A program made the translations under genes and the position numbers. The notes under the pieces were generated by a model. It saw only the letters and a list, made by a program, of their open reading frames with translations. It did not search any database and was not told the origin of the DNA. Positions 9,508-16,977 of a DNA stretch of 64,000 nt are shown here, one piece after another. Within the stretch, counting starts at the first letter, position 1, and every line of letters starts with the position of its first letter. Origin of the DNA: Candidatus Woesebacteria bacterium (GTDB lineage: Bacteria; Patescibacteriota; Microgenomatia; UBA1400; PJMF01); the NCBI GenBank assembly GCA_017999345.1, contig JAGNLY010000004.1:886-64885 (forward strand). Direction: 5' to 3'.

Positions 9508-9848
9508 TATTTTTTCTTAAAAGCTAGATTAAATCTTAATAACAAATAAAAAATCATTATTTGCCAATAAATACAGTAAAAAGTAATAAAATTTGAAACA
9601 AAAGTTAACCAGTCGCAATTAAAATACAAGCTTTGCGAACAGGAAAAGACATATCCAACTAATGGAACGATTAAAAACTTCCAAAAAATTGTAATTAACA
9701 TCAATAAGATACTTGGGATTAATGACATCCATACAAATACTTTTTCATTAACCAAAGACTGCATTGTCTGATATGGATGCAAAACCAATCCAAAAGAAAT
9801 TTGTCCGAGTGAATAAGCTATAGATAAAAAAACTTGGCGCTTTTTCAT
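9507..9848 (-). CDS. Small polytopic membrane protein, unknown function
   Basis: 113 aa with 3-4 hydrophobic segments. Its stop overlaps the idi start by 1 nt and its start overlaps the upstream ORF by 4 nt (ATGA). Confidence 0.5.
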   Translation of the reverse strand: MKKRQVFLSIAYSLGQISFGLVLHPYQTMQSLVNEKVFVWMSLIPSILLMLITIFWKFLIVPLVGYVFSCSQSLYFNCDWLTFVSNFITFYCIYWQIMIFYLLLRFNLAFKKK

Positions 9849-10045
9849 ATAATTTCAATTAAAATTGATGATAGTAAAGCCAAAATGAACAGAGTTTGCC
9901 AAGAATATGTGCCCATAAAAGAAGTTATTTCGTCAAAAAATTCTGGAAAAATTCTGCCTTCGTTTATTGTTTTTTGAATTTTGGCCTGTTTTTGTAGTTC
10001 TTCTAAAAAATTATCATTCATAATCATAAAAATTACTCTTGCCAA
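9845..10045 (-). CDS. Small C-terminally anchored membrane protein, possible anti-sigma factor (position only)
   Basis: About 60-66 aa with one C-terminal TM (TLFILALLSSILIEII). It lies immediately downstream of, or overlapping, the sigma gene. The start is uncertain: ATG at 10045, 10027 or 10021. Confidence 0.4.
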   Translation of the reverse strand: MARVIFMIMNDNFLEELQKQAKIQKTINEGRIFPEFFDEITSFMGTYSWQTLFILALLSSILIEII

Positions 10046-10551
10046 ATAGTTCGAAATTCATTTCTCGCCCTAAACAGATCTGATTCCACAGATTTAATAC
10101 TTCTTCCTAATTCTTTTGCAATTGCAGATACTTTTTTGCCATCAACATATTTGAGCATCAATAACTCTCCGTAATAATTTTTCATTTTATTAATAACCGC
10201 GCTAACTTTTTGAGAAATTTCTGCAGAATCAGAAATATTTTCAATCATTAATAATTCTGAAAGATGGGTGGTTTTTAATGCTTTCTTTGCATATTTTTTT
10301 CTAAAATAATCAGCAATTTCATGATGCGCAATTGAGTTCATCCATGTCCAGATACTAGATCTAGCCATAAATAAAGGCAAATGTTTTAAGCAATTTAGAA
10401 AAGTTTGTTGAACAATTTCTTCAGCATCTTGCTTGTCAGAAACTTTGGACAAAACTACTGTCAACAACCTACCATTATAGGTATTAAACCAATAATTGAC
10501 TGCTTTTGGATTGCCTTTTTTAAGCTTGCTGATTAGTGTTTTTTCTTCCAT
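10033..10551 (-). CDS. RNA polymerase sigma-70 family factor, ECF-like
   Basis: 172 aa. Region 2-like EEIVQQTFLNCLKHLPLF...WTWMNSIAHHEIADYFRKK. Region 4 HTH-like GKKVSAIAKELGRSIKSVESDLFRARNEF. Confidence 0.8.
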   Translation of the reverse strand: MEEKTLISKLKKGNPKAVNYWFNTYNGRLLTVVLSKVSDKQDAEEIVQQTFLNCLKHLPLFMARSSIWTWMNSIAHHEIADYFRKKYAKKALKTTHLSELLMIENISDSAEISQKVSAVINKMKNYYGELLMLKYVDGKKVSAIAKELGRSIKSVESDLFRARNEFRTIWQE

Positions 10552-10580
10552 TTTACCTTGTTTACCTGAGTTACCAACAT

Positions 10581-10590
10581 ACTATATAAT
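10581..10590. promoter_or_regulatory. Overlapping divergent -10 elements (ACTATATAAT)
   Basis: TATAAT at 10585-10590 on the + strand lies 10 nt before the ATG at 10601. TATAGT on the - strand (10581-10586) lies upstream of the sigma gene start at 10551. The intergenic region is only 49 bp. Confidence 0.4.
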
Positions 10591-10600
10591 AACATCACAT

Positions 10601-10966
10601 ATGTCTTTTAAGTTAATTCCAACTGTTTATGCACAATGTGGAGCTGGTGGAGGTGGTGGTATTAACTTAGGCGACTGTCTAATCTTAGGTGATGGCGCAA
10701 AAGTAAGCGATGTTTACGACACACCTGCAACCCTAGTAAATATCCTCATCAGAAACATGATTCCAATCTCCGGTGTCATTATTTTTATCATGATTTTCTT
10801 GGCAGGCTTCAAATTTATCACAAAAGGTAAAGAAGGCATGGAAGAAGCTAAAAAAATTATAACCACGACAATCATTGGCTTTTTAGTGATGATCTCAGCA
10901 TATTGGATTGTACAAATTATTTCGTTACTAACTGGAATCCAAATTCCAGGAATAACTGTAGGCTAA
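10601..10966 (+). CDS. VirB2/TrbC-topology pilin-like protein (P2)
   Basis: The start is placed at ATG 10601 because the longer ORF start at 10496 overlaps the sigma gene. N-terminus MSFKLIPTVYAQCGAGGGGG. Module TM1, FKFITKGKEGMEEAKKIITTTIIGF, TM2. Confidence 0.7.
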   Translation: MSFKLIPTVYAQCGAGGGGGINLGDCLILGDGAKVSDVYDTPATLVNILIRNMIPISGVIIFIMIFLAGFKFITKGKEGMEEAKKIITTTIIGFLVMISAYWIVQIISLLTGIQIPGITVG

Positions 10967-10970
10967 TACT

Positions 10971-11369
10971 ATGATTAAATTTCAATTAATCAAACCAGCT
11001 TTTGCCCAAGAATTTGATGCATTGATTGGCACTGTCAGAGCCCCTCAAGCTGTCGGAACAATGAATATTGAAGCCGGTGGTGAAGGAAGTATTGGAATTC
11101 TTTTAATGATCTCTAGGCTAATTCAAATTGTTACTGTTGTTGCGAGTGTTTGGGTTGCGGTCAATGTTGTTATTGCTGCGTACACCTACCTAGCCGGTGG
11201 TGGAAAACCAGACAGTCATCAAAAAGTATCAGACATTCTTAGTATGAGTGTCATAGGTTTAATAATTATCGTAAGTTCATACACAATCGCCGGATTAATT
11301 GGCTTGCTATTTTTTGGCGATGCTATGTTTATTATAAATCCTACTATCTCACCAGCTGGAGGAATTTAA
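10971..11369 (+). CDS. VirB2/TrbC-topology pilin-like protein (P3)
   Basis: N-terminus MIKFQLIKPAFAQ. Module TM1, YLAGGGKPDSHQKVSDILSMSVIGL, TM2. 4-nt gap from P2. Confidence 0.7.
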   Translation: MIKFQLIKPAFAQEFDALIGTVRAPQAVGTMNIEAGGEGSIGILLMISRLIQIVTVVASVWVAVNVVIAAYTYLAGGGKPDSHQKVSDILSMSVIGLIIIVSSYTIAGLIGLLFFGDAMFIINPTISPAGGI

Positions 11370-11370
11370 G

Positions 11371-11934
11371 ATGATAAGCAGCATATTAAATATTAAAAAA
11401 TACTTTACTTTCCTGATAACCTTTCTGTTTTTGTTAAATTTTTTAGTATTAATGACCCCAAATAAAATATTAGCTGGAGGCGCATGCTCAGCTGCTGGAG
11501 AATGTTCTGGAAATCAAATTTGTGTTTGGATTGCAGATCCAACGCAACCAGCTGGTGGTTATTTGTCAAACACTGGTGGACCATGCGGTTCTTCTGCAAT
11601 TGGAGGAGTTGCGGCTCCAACAGCGATTGCAAACATTAATTCAACGACCGGCATTGGACTTTTAGCATTTATTTCTAAATTACTCAATTTCGGAGCAATA
11701 GTTGGCGGAATTATAGTAATGTTAAATTTTGTTTCCGCAGGAATGATGTATATAACTGGGGCCGGAAATGCAGAAGTGCACACAAAAGTTAGGGATAAAA
11801 TCACCTATAGTATTATTGGAATAGTTATTATTGTTTCTGCCTATACTATCGTTGGCCTAATTGGATTAATATTCTTTAAAGATGTAACCTACTTACTTAA
11901 TCCTCGTCTACAGGGTGCATTTGATGGTATATAA
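11371..11934 (+). CDS. VirB2/TrbC-topology pilin-like protein with 4-Cys ectodomain (P4)
   Basis: Signal peptide, then GGACSAAGECSGNQICVW...GGPCGSS. Module TM1, MMYITGAGNAEVHTKVRDKITYSIIGI, TM2. GGAGGA SD at 11357-11362. Confidence 0.7.
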   Translation: MISSILNIKKYFTFLITFLFLLNFLVLMTPNKILAGGACSAAGECSGNQICVWIADPTQPAGGYLSNTGGPCGSSAIGGVAAPTAIANINSTTGIGLLAFISKLLNFGAIVGGIIVMLNFVSAGMMYITGAGNAEVHTKVRDKITYSIIGIVIIVSAYTIVGLIGLIFFKDVTYLLNPRLQGAFDGI

Positions 11935-11967
11935 TTAATAAGTTTGTTAAAGTAAAAAAATAAAAAT

Positions 11968-12348
11968 ATGTTTTTACCAACACTAATTGCTCAATTTGGA
12001 AATGGAATCACTTCTCCATCTGAAGCATATACTGAAAATGGCACCACTCAAGAAGGAGTCTTGGCAAATTTTGACCTAATTATTTCAAACCTTCTTGGAT
12101 TGTTTACGATTCTTGGCGCCCTAATCTTTGTTATTTACTTTTTAATCGCTTCTATTCAATGGATAACTGCTGGTGGCGATGCCGGAAAGCTTACTCAAGC
12201 AAGAGAAAAAATGCTTCAAGGAGTAATTGGTCTAGTAATTTTAGTCGGTGCTTATGGAATATTAGGTCTAATTGGCACAATTGTCGGTATAGATATAATT
12301 AACCCAGTAACTCAAATAGAAAAAATAATTCCTACCGTAGGACCTTAA
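11968..12348 (+). CDS. VirB2/TrbC-topology pilin-like protein (P5)
   Basis: N-terminus MFLPTLIAQ, with an in-frame TAA at 11953. Module TM1, IQWITAGGDAGKLTQAREKMLQGVIGL, TM2. Confidence 0.7.
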   Translation: MFLPTLIAQFGNGITSPSEAYTENGTTQEGVLANFDLIISNLLGLFTILGALIFVIYFLIASIQWITAGGDAGKLTQAREKMLQGVIGLVILVGAYGILGLIGTIVGIDIINPVTQIEKIIPTVGP

Positions 12349-12351
12349 ATA

Positions 12352-13146
12352 ATGAAAAAAATTAAATCAATCATACTCGGCGCAGTAAGTTTTTTAACCC
12401 TAATGGTCGTGAGTGTTTCTGCATTCACTAATCCAGTTGTTGGCGAAGCTTTGGGCGCTGATGCTGAAAGCGCTACTAGTGGCGCTACATTTGTTAGCTA
12501 TTTTGTCACTATTTGGCAAGCTTTTATTACCATCGGAGCAATTTTAGTTTTAATTTATTTCTTGTGGGGCGCAATTGAATGGGTCACTGCAGGAGCTGAC
12601 AAAAGCATTCTTGATAGAGCTAGAAATAGAATTACTCAAGCAATGATTGGTCTTTTGATCTTGATTAGTGCTTTTGTAATTATCGAATTTGTAAGTCAAC
12701 TTTTCTTTGGAGATGAGTTCTCTATTCTAAACTTCCAATTTGTGGCTCCATTAGAGCAAGGCGTAGATTCAAGTCTTTTGCACAAATATAATTTATTTGC
12801 ACCTCAAATTGCGCATGCAGTTGATATAAACATTGGCTCAACAGCACAAGGCCAAGCCCTTCCAGGCACTGCCGACTACACAGCCGGCGATGGCGAGGCA
12901 GGTTTTGGACTTTTCATGACAAGAGTTTTAAATATTGTCTTAGTTGTTGGTTCAATTATTGTTCTCTTTTATCTAGTCTGGGGTGGATTAGAATGGGTTA
13001 GTTCTGGTGGTGACAAGAGCAAAGTTGAAGCAGCAAGAACAAAAATTACGCAGTCCATGATTGGATTAATTGTTATGGCCGCCGCCATAGCACTGTTTGT
13101 AATGCTTCAAGGTTTCTTGGGAGTTGAACTATTTACATTCAACTAA
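12352..13146 (+). CDS. Tandem (fused) double VirB2/TrbC-topology pilin (P6)
   Basis: One 264-aa ORF carries two complete modules. The first is LWGAIEWVTAGADKSILDRARNRITQAMIGL. The second is VWGGLEWVSSGGDKSKVEAARTKITQSMIGL. Each is flanked by its own pair of hydrophobic helices. Confidence 0.7.
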   Translation: MKKIKSIILGAVSFLTLMVVSVSAFTNPVVGEALGADAESATSGATFVSYFVTIWQAFITIGAILVLIYFLWGAIEWVTAGADKSILDRARNRITQAMIGLLILISAFVIIEFVSQLFFGDEFSILNFQFVAPLEQGVDSSLLHKYNLFAPQIAHAVDINIGSTAQGQALPGTADYTAGDGEAGFGLFMTRVLNIVLVVGSIIVLFYLVWGGLEWVSSGGDKSKVEAARTKITQSMIGLIVMAAAIALFVMLQGFLGVELFTFN

Positions 13147-13177
13147 CAGGCAACTGGGAGCAAAAAAGGAAATAAAC

Positions 13178-13207
13178 TTGACGAAATTTCTAATTAGCAG
13201 GTATAAT
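13178..13207 (+). promoter_or_regulatory. Sigma70-type promoter for pilin P7
   Basis: TTGACG (13178-13183), 18 nt spacer, TATAAT (13202-13207). AAGGAG SD at 13248-13253 precedes the ATG at 13257. Confidence 0.55.
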
Positions 13208-13256
13208 TAGTTATTCAGCATAGAAAACTGATATATAAAAGTAAATTAAGGAGACT

Positions 13257-13625
13257 ATGACAAAAAAATTAAAAAGCTTAGCCGTAACTGCAGCTGCCTT
13301 AGCAGCATCAAGTAGCAGAGTGCTCGCAGCAACAGCAATTGAAGTTCCAGATGCATTCTTTACCGATGTGGGTGCTTTAATTAGTAAAGCATTGAATTTT
13401 GTTTTGATTATTGGTGCTCTTTTAGTTTTCATGTACCTCATCTGGGGTGGTATTGAGTGGATTACCTCAGGCGGCGATAAAGGAAAGACAGAATCAGCAC
13501 GTAACAAAATTACTGCTGCTATCGTTGGTTTGATCGTTCTTGCATCAGCATGGGCAGTCTTACTCTTGGTCCTAGGATTCTTAAACACAGACCTAGACAC
13601 TTTGTTTACAGAAGCAGGAGTCTAA
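13257..13625 (+). CDS. VirB2/TrbC-topology pilin-like protein (P7), candidate major pilin
   Basis: Signal peptide ...SSRVLA. Module IWGGIEWITSGGDKGKTESARNKITAAIVGL. It is the only paralog with its own consensus promoter, a strong SD and a dedicated terminator. Confidence 0.75.
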   Translation: MTKKLKSLAVTAAALAASSSRVLAATAIEVPDAFFTDVGALISKALNFVLIIGALLVFMYLIWGGIEWITSGGDKGKTESARNKITAAIVGLIVLASAWAVLLLVLGFLNTDLDTLFTEAGV

Positions 13626-13649
13626 TAGCTAATTGTAAATTTGAATTTA

Positions 13650-13677
13650 AACCCCCGCCAATGGCGGGGGTTTTTGA
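13650..13677 (+). terminator. Rho-independent terminator
   Basis: CCCCCGCC (13652-13659), loop AATG, GGCGGGGG (13664-13671), followed by TTTTT. Confidence 0.85.
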
Positions 13678-13731
13678 TTTTCCTCAATAATAAATTTACT
13701 GGTATAATTCAATTAGTATAGTTCAACAAAT

Positions 13732-14157
13732 ATGAAAAAGAATTCCATTAAAAATAATTTGATTGCTATTTTTATTACGCTTTTTGCAAGTTTTTACCTA
13801 GCCTCCCCCGTCATGGCTCAAACAGTTGAGTGGACAGGTGAAGGTAATGTTTGTACGGGTGGAGCTGACAATGATGTGGCTACTATTCAGGGCTTAGAAT
13901 GTTTAATTGCTAATGTTTTTATGGTAATCATCACCTTAATTGGTTTGGCTGCATTTGTAATGTTCATAGTTGGATCTATTCAATGGCTTTTGGCTGGCAG
14001 TAGCGCAGAGGGAACAAAAAAAGCCAAAGACACTTTCACATATGCAGTTATCGGAATTGTTGTAGCTCTGAGTGCCTTCATAGCACTTAATTTAATAGCT
14101 GGATTTACTGGCGTTGAAGCAATAAAACAATTTATAATCCCTGCCTCTAACTCTTAA
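13732..14157 (+). CDS. VirB2/TrbC-topology pilin-like protein with Cys pair (P8)
   Basis: Signal peptide ending PVMAQ, then GNVCTGG...GLECL. Module IQWLLAGSSAEGTKKAKDTFTYAVIGI. TGGTATAAT extended -10 at 13700-13708. Confidence 0.7.
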   Translation: MKKNSIKNNLIAIFITLFASFYLASPVMAQTVEWTGEGNVCTGGADNDVATIQGLECLIANVFMVIITLIGLAAFVMFIVGSIQWLLAGSSAEGTKKAKDTFTYAVIGIVVALSAFIALNLIAGFTGVEAIKQFIIPASNS

Positions 14158-14162
14158 AAAAA

Positions 14163-16964
14163 TTGTATAATAGGTTTGTGTTTAAAAACAAATCTATTTT
14201 ATTAACCTTAGTTTTTTCGTTTTCTATTTTTGTTGGCTCTGTCTATTCTGTTTTTGCCCTAGATACTGTTGATGCGAACGCCGAAGGCGCAGCAGCGGGT
14301 TCTGAGACTACTGGTGGAGTATTAACGGGCAGCAGTGCCTATGAAACTGATCAGTATCGAACCTATAATACCAAAGGATATCCTGATTTTGACGATAAAT
14401 TTTATGTATCCACAATTAAATCTGTTCTTCAGGCTGATGACAATAAAGATGCCGAAGCAGCTGGCGCTTATGAAGATATAAGACAAGAGTTAGCACTAAC
14501 TGGCTATGAAACATATTGCTTACAAGAAAATGTAAAAATTGAACCTCAATATAACTCCAAGGAAATAATTGAAAGATTTTTAGAACTTTATCCAGAAGGA
14601 GTTAATCTTAGATCATTTTCAAGAGAAGTTCTTGGAATGGATAATGCTAACTTTCCAATATGGCGTGATCTAGGAGGTAAACAATTCTTAATGAACTCGC
14701 TTGAAGAATACTTTGGTTTTAAAGATTTATATGTAGGTGACGCTCCTAAAGCTGAAATTAACTCAGCAGCTATTAACTCTCTTCTCTCTCAAAGACAATC
14801 CTGTGTACAGGGGTGGAAAACTTTAGGAGCTCAAAGAAGGGATTGTGATAAACTTGAAGATCCAAGCACTTGTGAATTAATTAAAAGAAGAATTCCTGGA
14901 TCTGGATATGAGGTCCATGACATAATGGGTCTATTAAATGACTTTACCGGAGGAGGCTGGGCCGGTGGTGATGAAAAAAAAGGGGAAGCCTTAGCAGTCA
15001 AGTGGTGTGACACAATTTTTAGTGAACCTGAAGACCCTTCAAAATCAACTTTAACTGAAGCACAAAAAGCAATTCTCAAACCAATTAAAGATACAATTAT
15101 CAATGTTCCAACGTACATTGATAAAGCTTATAGATTTGGTTTTATTATTGCTGTTGTTGAAACGAGGCAACCTGGAAATCAACCTATTGGTGATTTTTTA
15201 ACAGAAAATGAAGAAGAATCTACGGTAATCTGGAATTTCTTTACTAAAAAAACTCAAGTTGTTCCTTGGGATGAAGTTCTAGTTGTTGCTTTTAAGCTTC
15301 CTGATATTGGAACAAATAAAGGTGGCGGAGCTCTTGAGAAATGGAATGATCCTCTAGATTTAACTAGAATAGTTTTATCTAATAAAGATGAGCTCGCACT
15401 ACATGAAGAAGCAGCCAAAAAAAAGCGAACCAGTACTCTTGAAGCTGCTATAGCTGCCTCAAATCAATCACCTGATAGTAGGGCATATTGTTATAGCGGC
15501 GATTTTCCATCTGGTGGTGGAACAAGAAGTTGCACGGTACCCTTGCCAAAAGCACTCACAGATTTTGTCAATGCGTCTGTTGTAAAGTGTGATCCAAAAG
15601 TTGAGCCCGTAAGCGAAATTAGTGATTTAGCTGGACTCAGGGATCCTTCCGATACAGGAAAAATATTTACAAAAGAAAATGGTGGCCAAATATTAATCAA
15701 TCTATTTTTAGATTCGACATATAATGTAAATGGATTAAGCCCTGATTACGCTGCAATTGTTCCAGATCACGAAGCTATCAAATCTATTTGGACAGTTACT
15801 CCTGAAAATTGGCCTCCAAAAGGAAATGACAGCTTTGTTCATTTTTATTTAGTCTATCCAGTTGGCTATGAACTTTCCACTATTGAACAAGAAATATCTG
15901 GTGCTTTTTTCAACAAAGAGCAGATAGCTTCAATGGGTACTGATCCAAGTATTGTGGAAAAATTTGAGGTTACTGGACAAACTCAAATCCTAGAAGCTGG
16001 AAAAGCGGGTTGGAAATATACAGATTGGCCAGCAACCCGAGCTTGGGAATGTGGACCATTAAAGATATTAGGAATTGAAACTGGCCTGCCAAAACCATGT
16101 ACTAAAAATCCAAGCTTAACCGCAAAACAAGAAGGCGCAAAAATCGATGTATTAGGAGGTAGACTCAGCTGGTGGTTAAGAAAAGTTCAGGTGGCTCTAA
16201 GTGCAAGATCAAGCTTCGCTCACTCTTACTTTGAATCATGCAAAACTATGGAAGAATTTTTATTAGGAAAATGTGCTGGCGCTGCAGACGGTGGTGGCGG
16301 CAGTGGTAATGGCAATGGAGTAGAACTTAGTTGCGATGAACTCAAACAACAAAAAGCAGAGCTGCCAACCATGAACAAATTGATGAAAATGACTTGCGAG
16401 ATTGCGAATAAAGATTCTAATGATGCCCAGCTACTTTGGGGACTTTTGCAGATTGAAGGAAGTCCTTTCCTGAGAGAAATATTAAAGCGTCAGAATGCAG
16501 GAAGTTGCAGTGGAGATAGTTGCGGTTCAATGAGCTGCGCAGATCTATTAACAAATTCATGCGGAGCTTCAAATATAATTGGAGTTTTGATTCCTCAATG
16601 TATTGATCCAATCGCATGCTCTCAAGCTGCATACTTTATTGATAGCACTGATGATCCTTGGATCAATGAGTCAAGAGAAAACCCACAGGTTGCTTGTGAT
16701 GTAGCAACTTCTTTAGATTATATTCTTAGAAAGAGAAAATCTGAAAAAACTTGGCTGACAGATCAATATATTGCTGCAAATGGATCAAGTCCATCCACTC
16801 AACAACTCTACTATATGATGGCAGGCAGAAACTATGGTGTTCCTCTTGAGAATTTAGTGCAGCCAGCTTGTGGCAACTATGATCCAGTTCAAGGTTGTGG
16901 TGGAGCCAATTATTGTGTATGTGCAATGGATACTTTTAAATTAAACTGCGGAGGCGGTAAATAA
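14163..16964 (+). CDS. Large Cys-rich exported protein; C-terminal region resembles a lytic transglycosylase (VirB1-like role proposed)
   Basis: N-terminal signal/anchor. More than 30 Cys. The C-terminus reads LLWGLLQIEGSPF (E codon at 16455), CGASNIIGVLIPQ and YYMMAGRNYG, which resembles the SLT ES/GLMQ/AYNAG pattern. The start could be GTG 14178 instead of TTG 14163. Confidence 0.45.
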   Translation: MYNRFVFKNKSILLTLVFSFSIFVGSVYSVFALDTVDANAEGAAAGSETTGGVLTGSSAYETDQYRTYNTKGYPDFDDKFYVSTIKSVLQADDNKDAEAAGAYEDIRQELALTGYETYCLQENVKIEPQYNSKEIIERFLELYPEGVNLRSFSREVLGMDNANFPIWRDLGGKQFLMNSLEEYFGFKDLYVGDAPKAEINSAAINSLLSQRQSCVQGWKTLGAQRRDCDKLEDPSTCELIKRRIPGSGYEVHDIMGLLNDFTGGGWAGGDEKKGEALAVKWCDTIFSEPEDPSKSTLTEAQKAILKPIKDTIINVPTYIDKAYRFGFIIAVVETRQPGNQPIGDFLTENEEESTVIWNFFTKKTQVVPWDEVLVVAFKLPDIGTNKGGGALEKWNDPLDLTRIVLSNKDELALHEEAAKKKRTSTLEAAIAASNQSPDSRAYCYSGDFPSGGGTRSCTVPLPKALTDFVNASVVKCDPKVEPVSEISDLAGLRDPSDTGKIFTKENGGQILINLFLDSTYNVNGLSPDYAAIVPDHEAIKSIWTVTPENWPPKGNDSFVHFYLVYPVGYELSTIEQEISGAFFNKEQIASMGTDPSIVEKFEVTGQTQILEAGKAGWKYTDWPATRAWECGPLKILGIETGLPKPCTKNPSLTAKQEGAKIDVLGGRLSWWLRKVQVALSARSSFAHSYFESCKTMEEFLLGKCAGAADGGGGSGNGNGVELSCDELKQQKAELPTMNKLMKMTCEIANKDSNDAQLLWGLLQIEGSPFLREILKRQNAGSCSGDSCGSMSCADLLTNSCGASNIIGVLIPQCIDPIACSQAAYFIDSTDDPWINESRENPQVACDVATSLDYILRKRKSEKTWLTDQYIAANGSSPSTQQLYYMMAGRNYGVPLENLVQPACGNYDPVQGCGGANYCVCAMDTFKLNCGGGK

Positions 16965-16977
16965 TTTTTAAGTTCTC

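Noticed and set aside
10496-10600. Longer start (10496) for the first pilin of the array
   Set aside because: It would overlap the divergent sigma gene by 56 nt and add a non-signal-like N-terminus. ATG 10601 sits behind a TATAAT box and gives an N-terminus (MSFKLIPTVYAQ) homologous to the paralogs.
13211-13600. 129-aa minus-strand ORF
   Set aside because: It is fully antisense to pilin P7, which has a promoter, SD, terminator and family signature. This is a shadow ORF.
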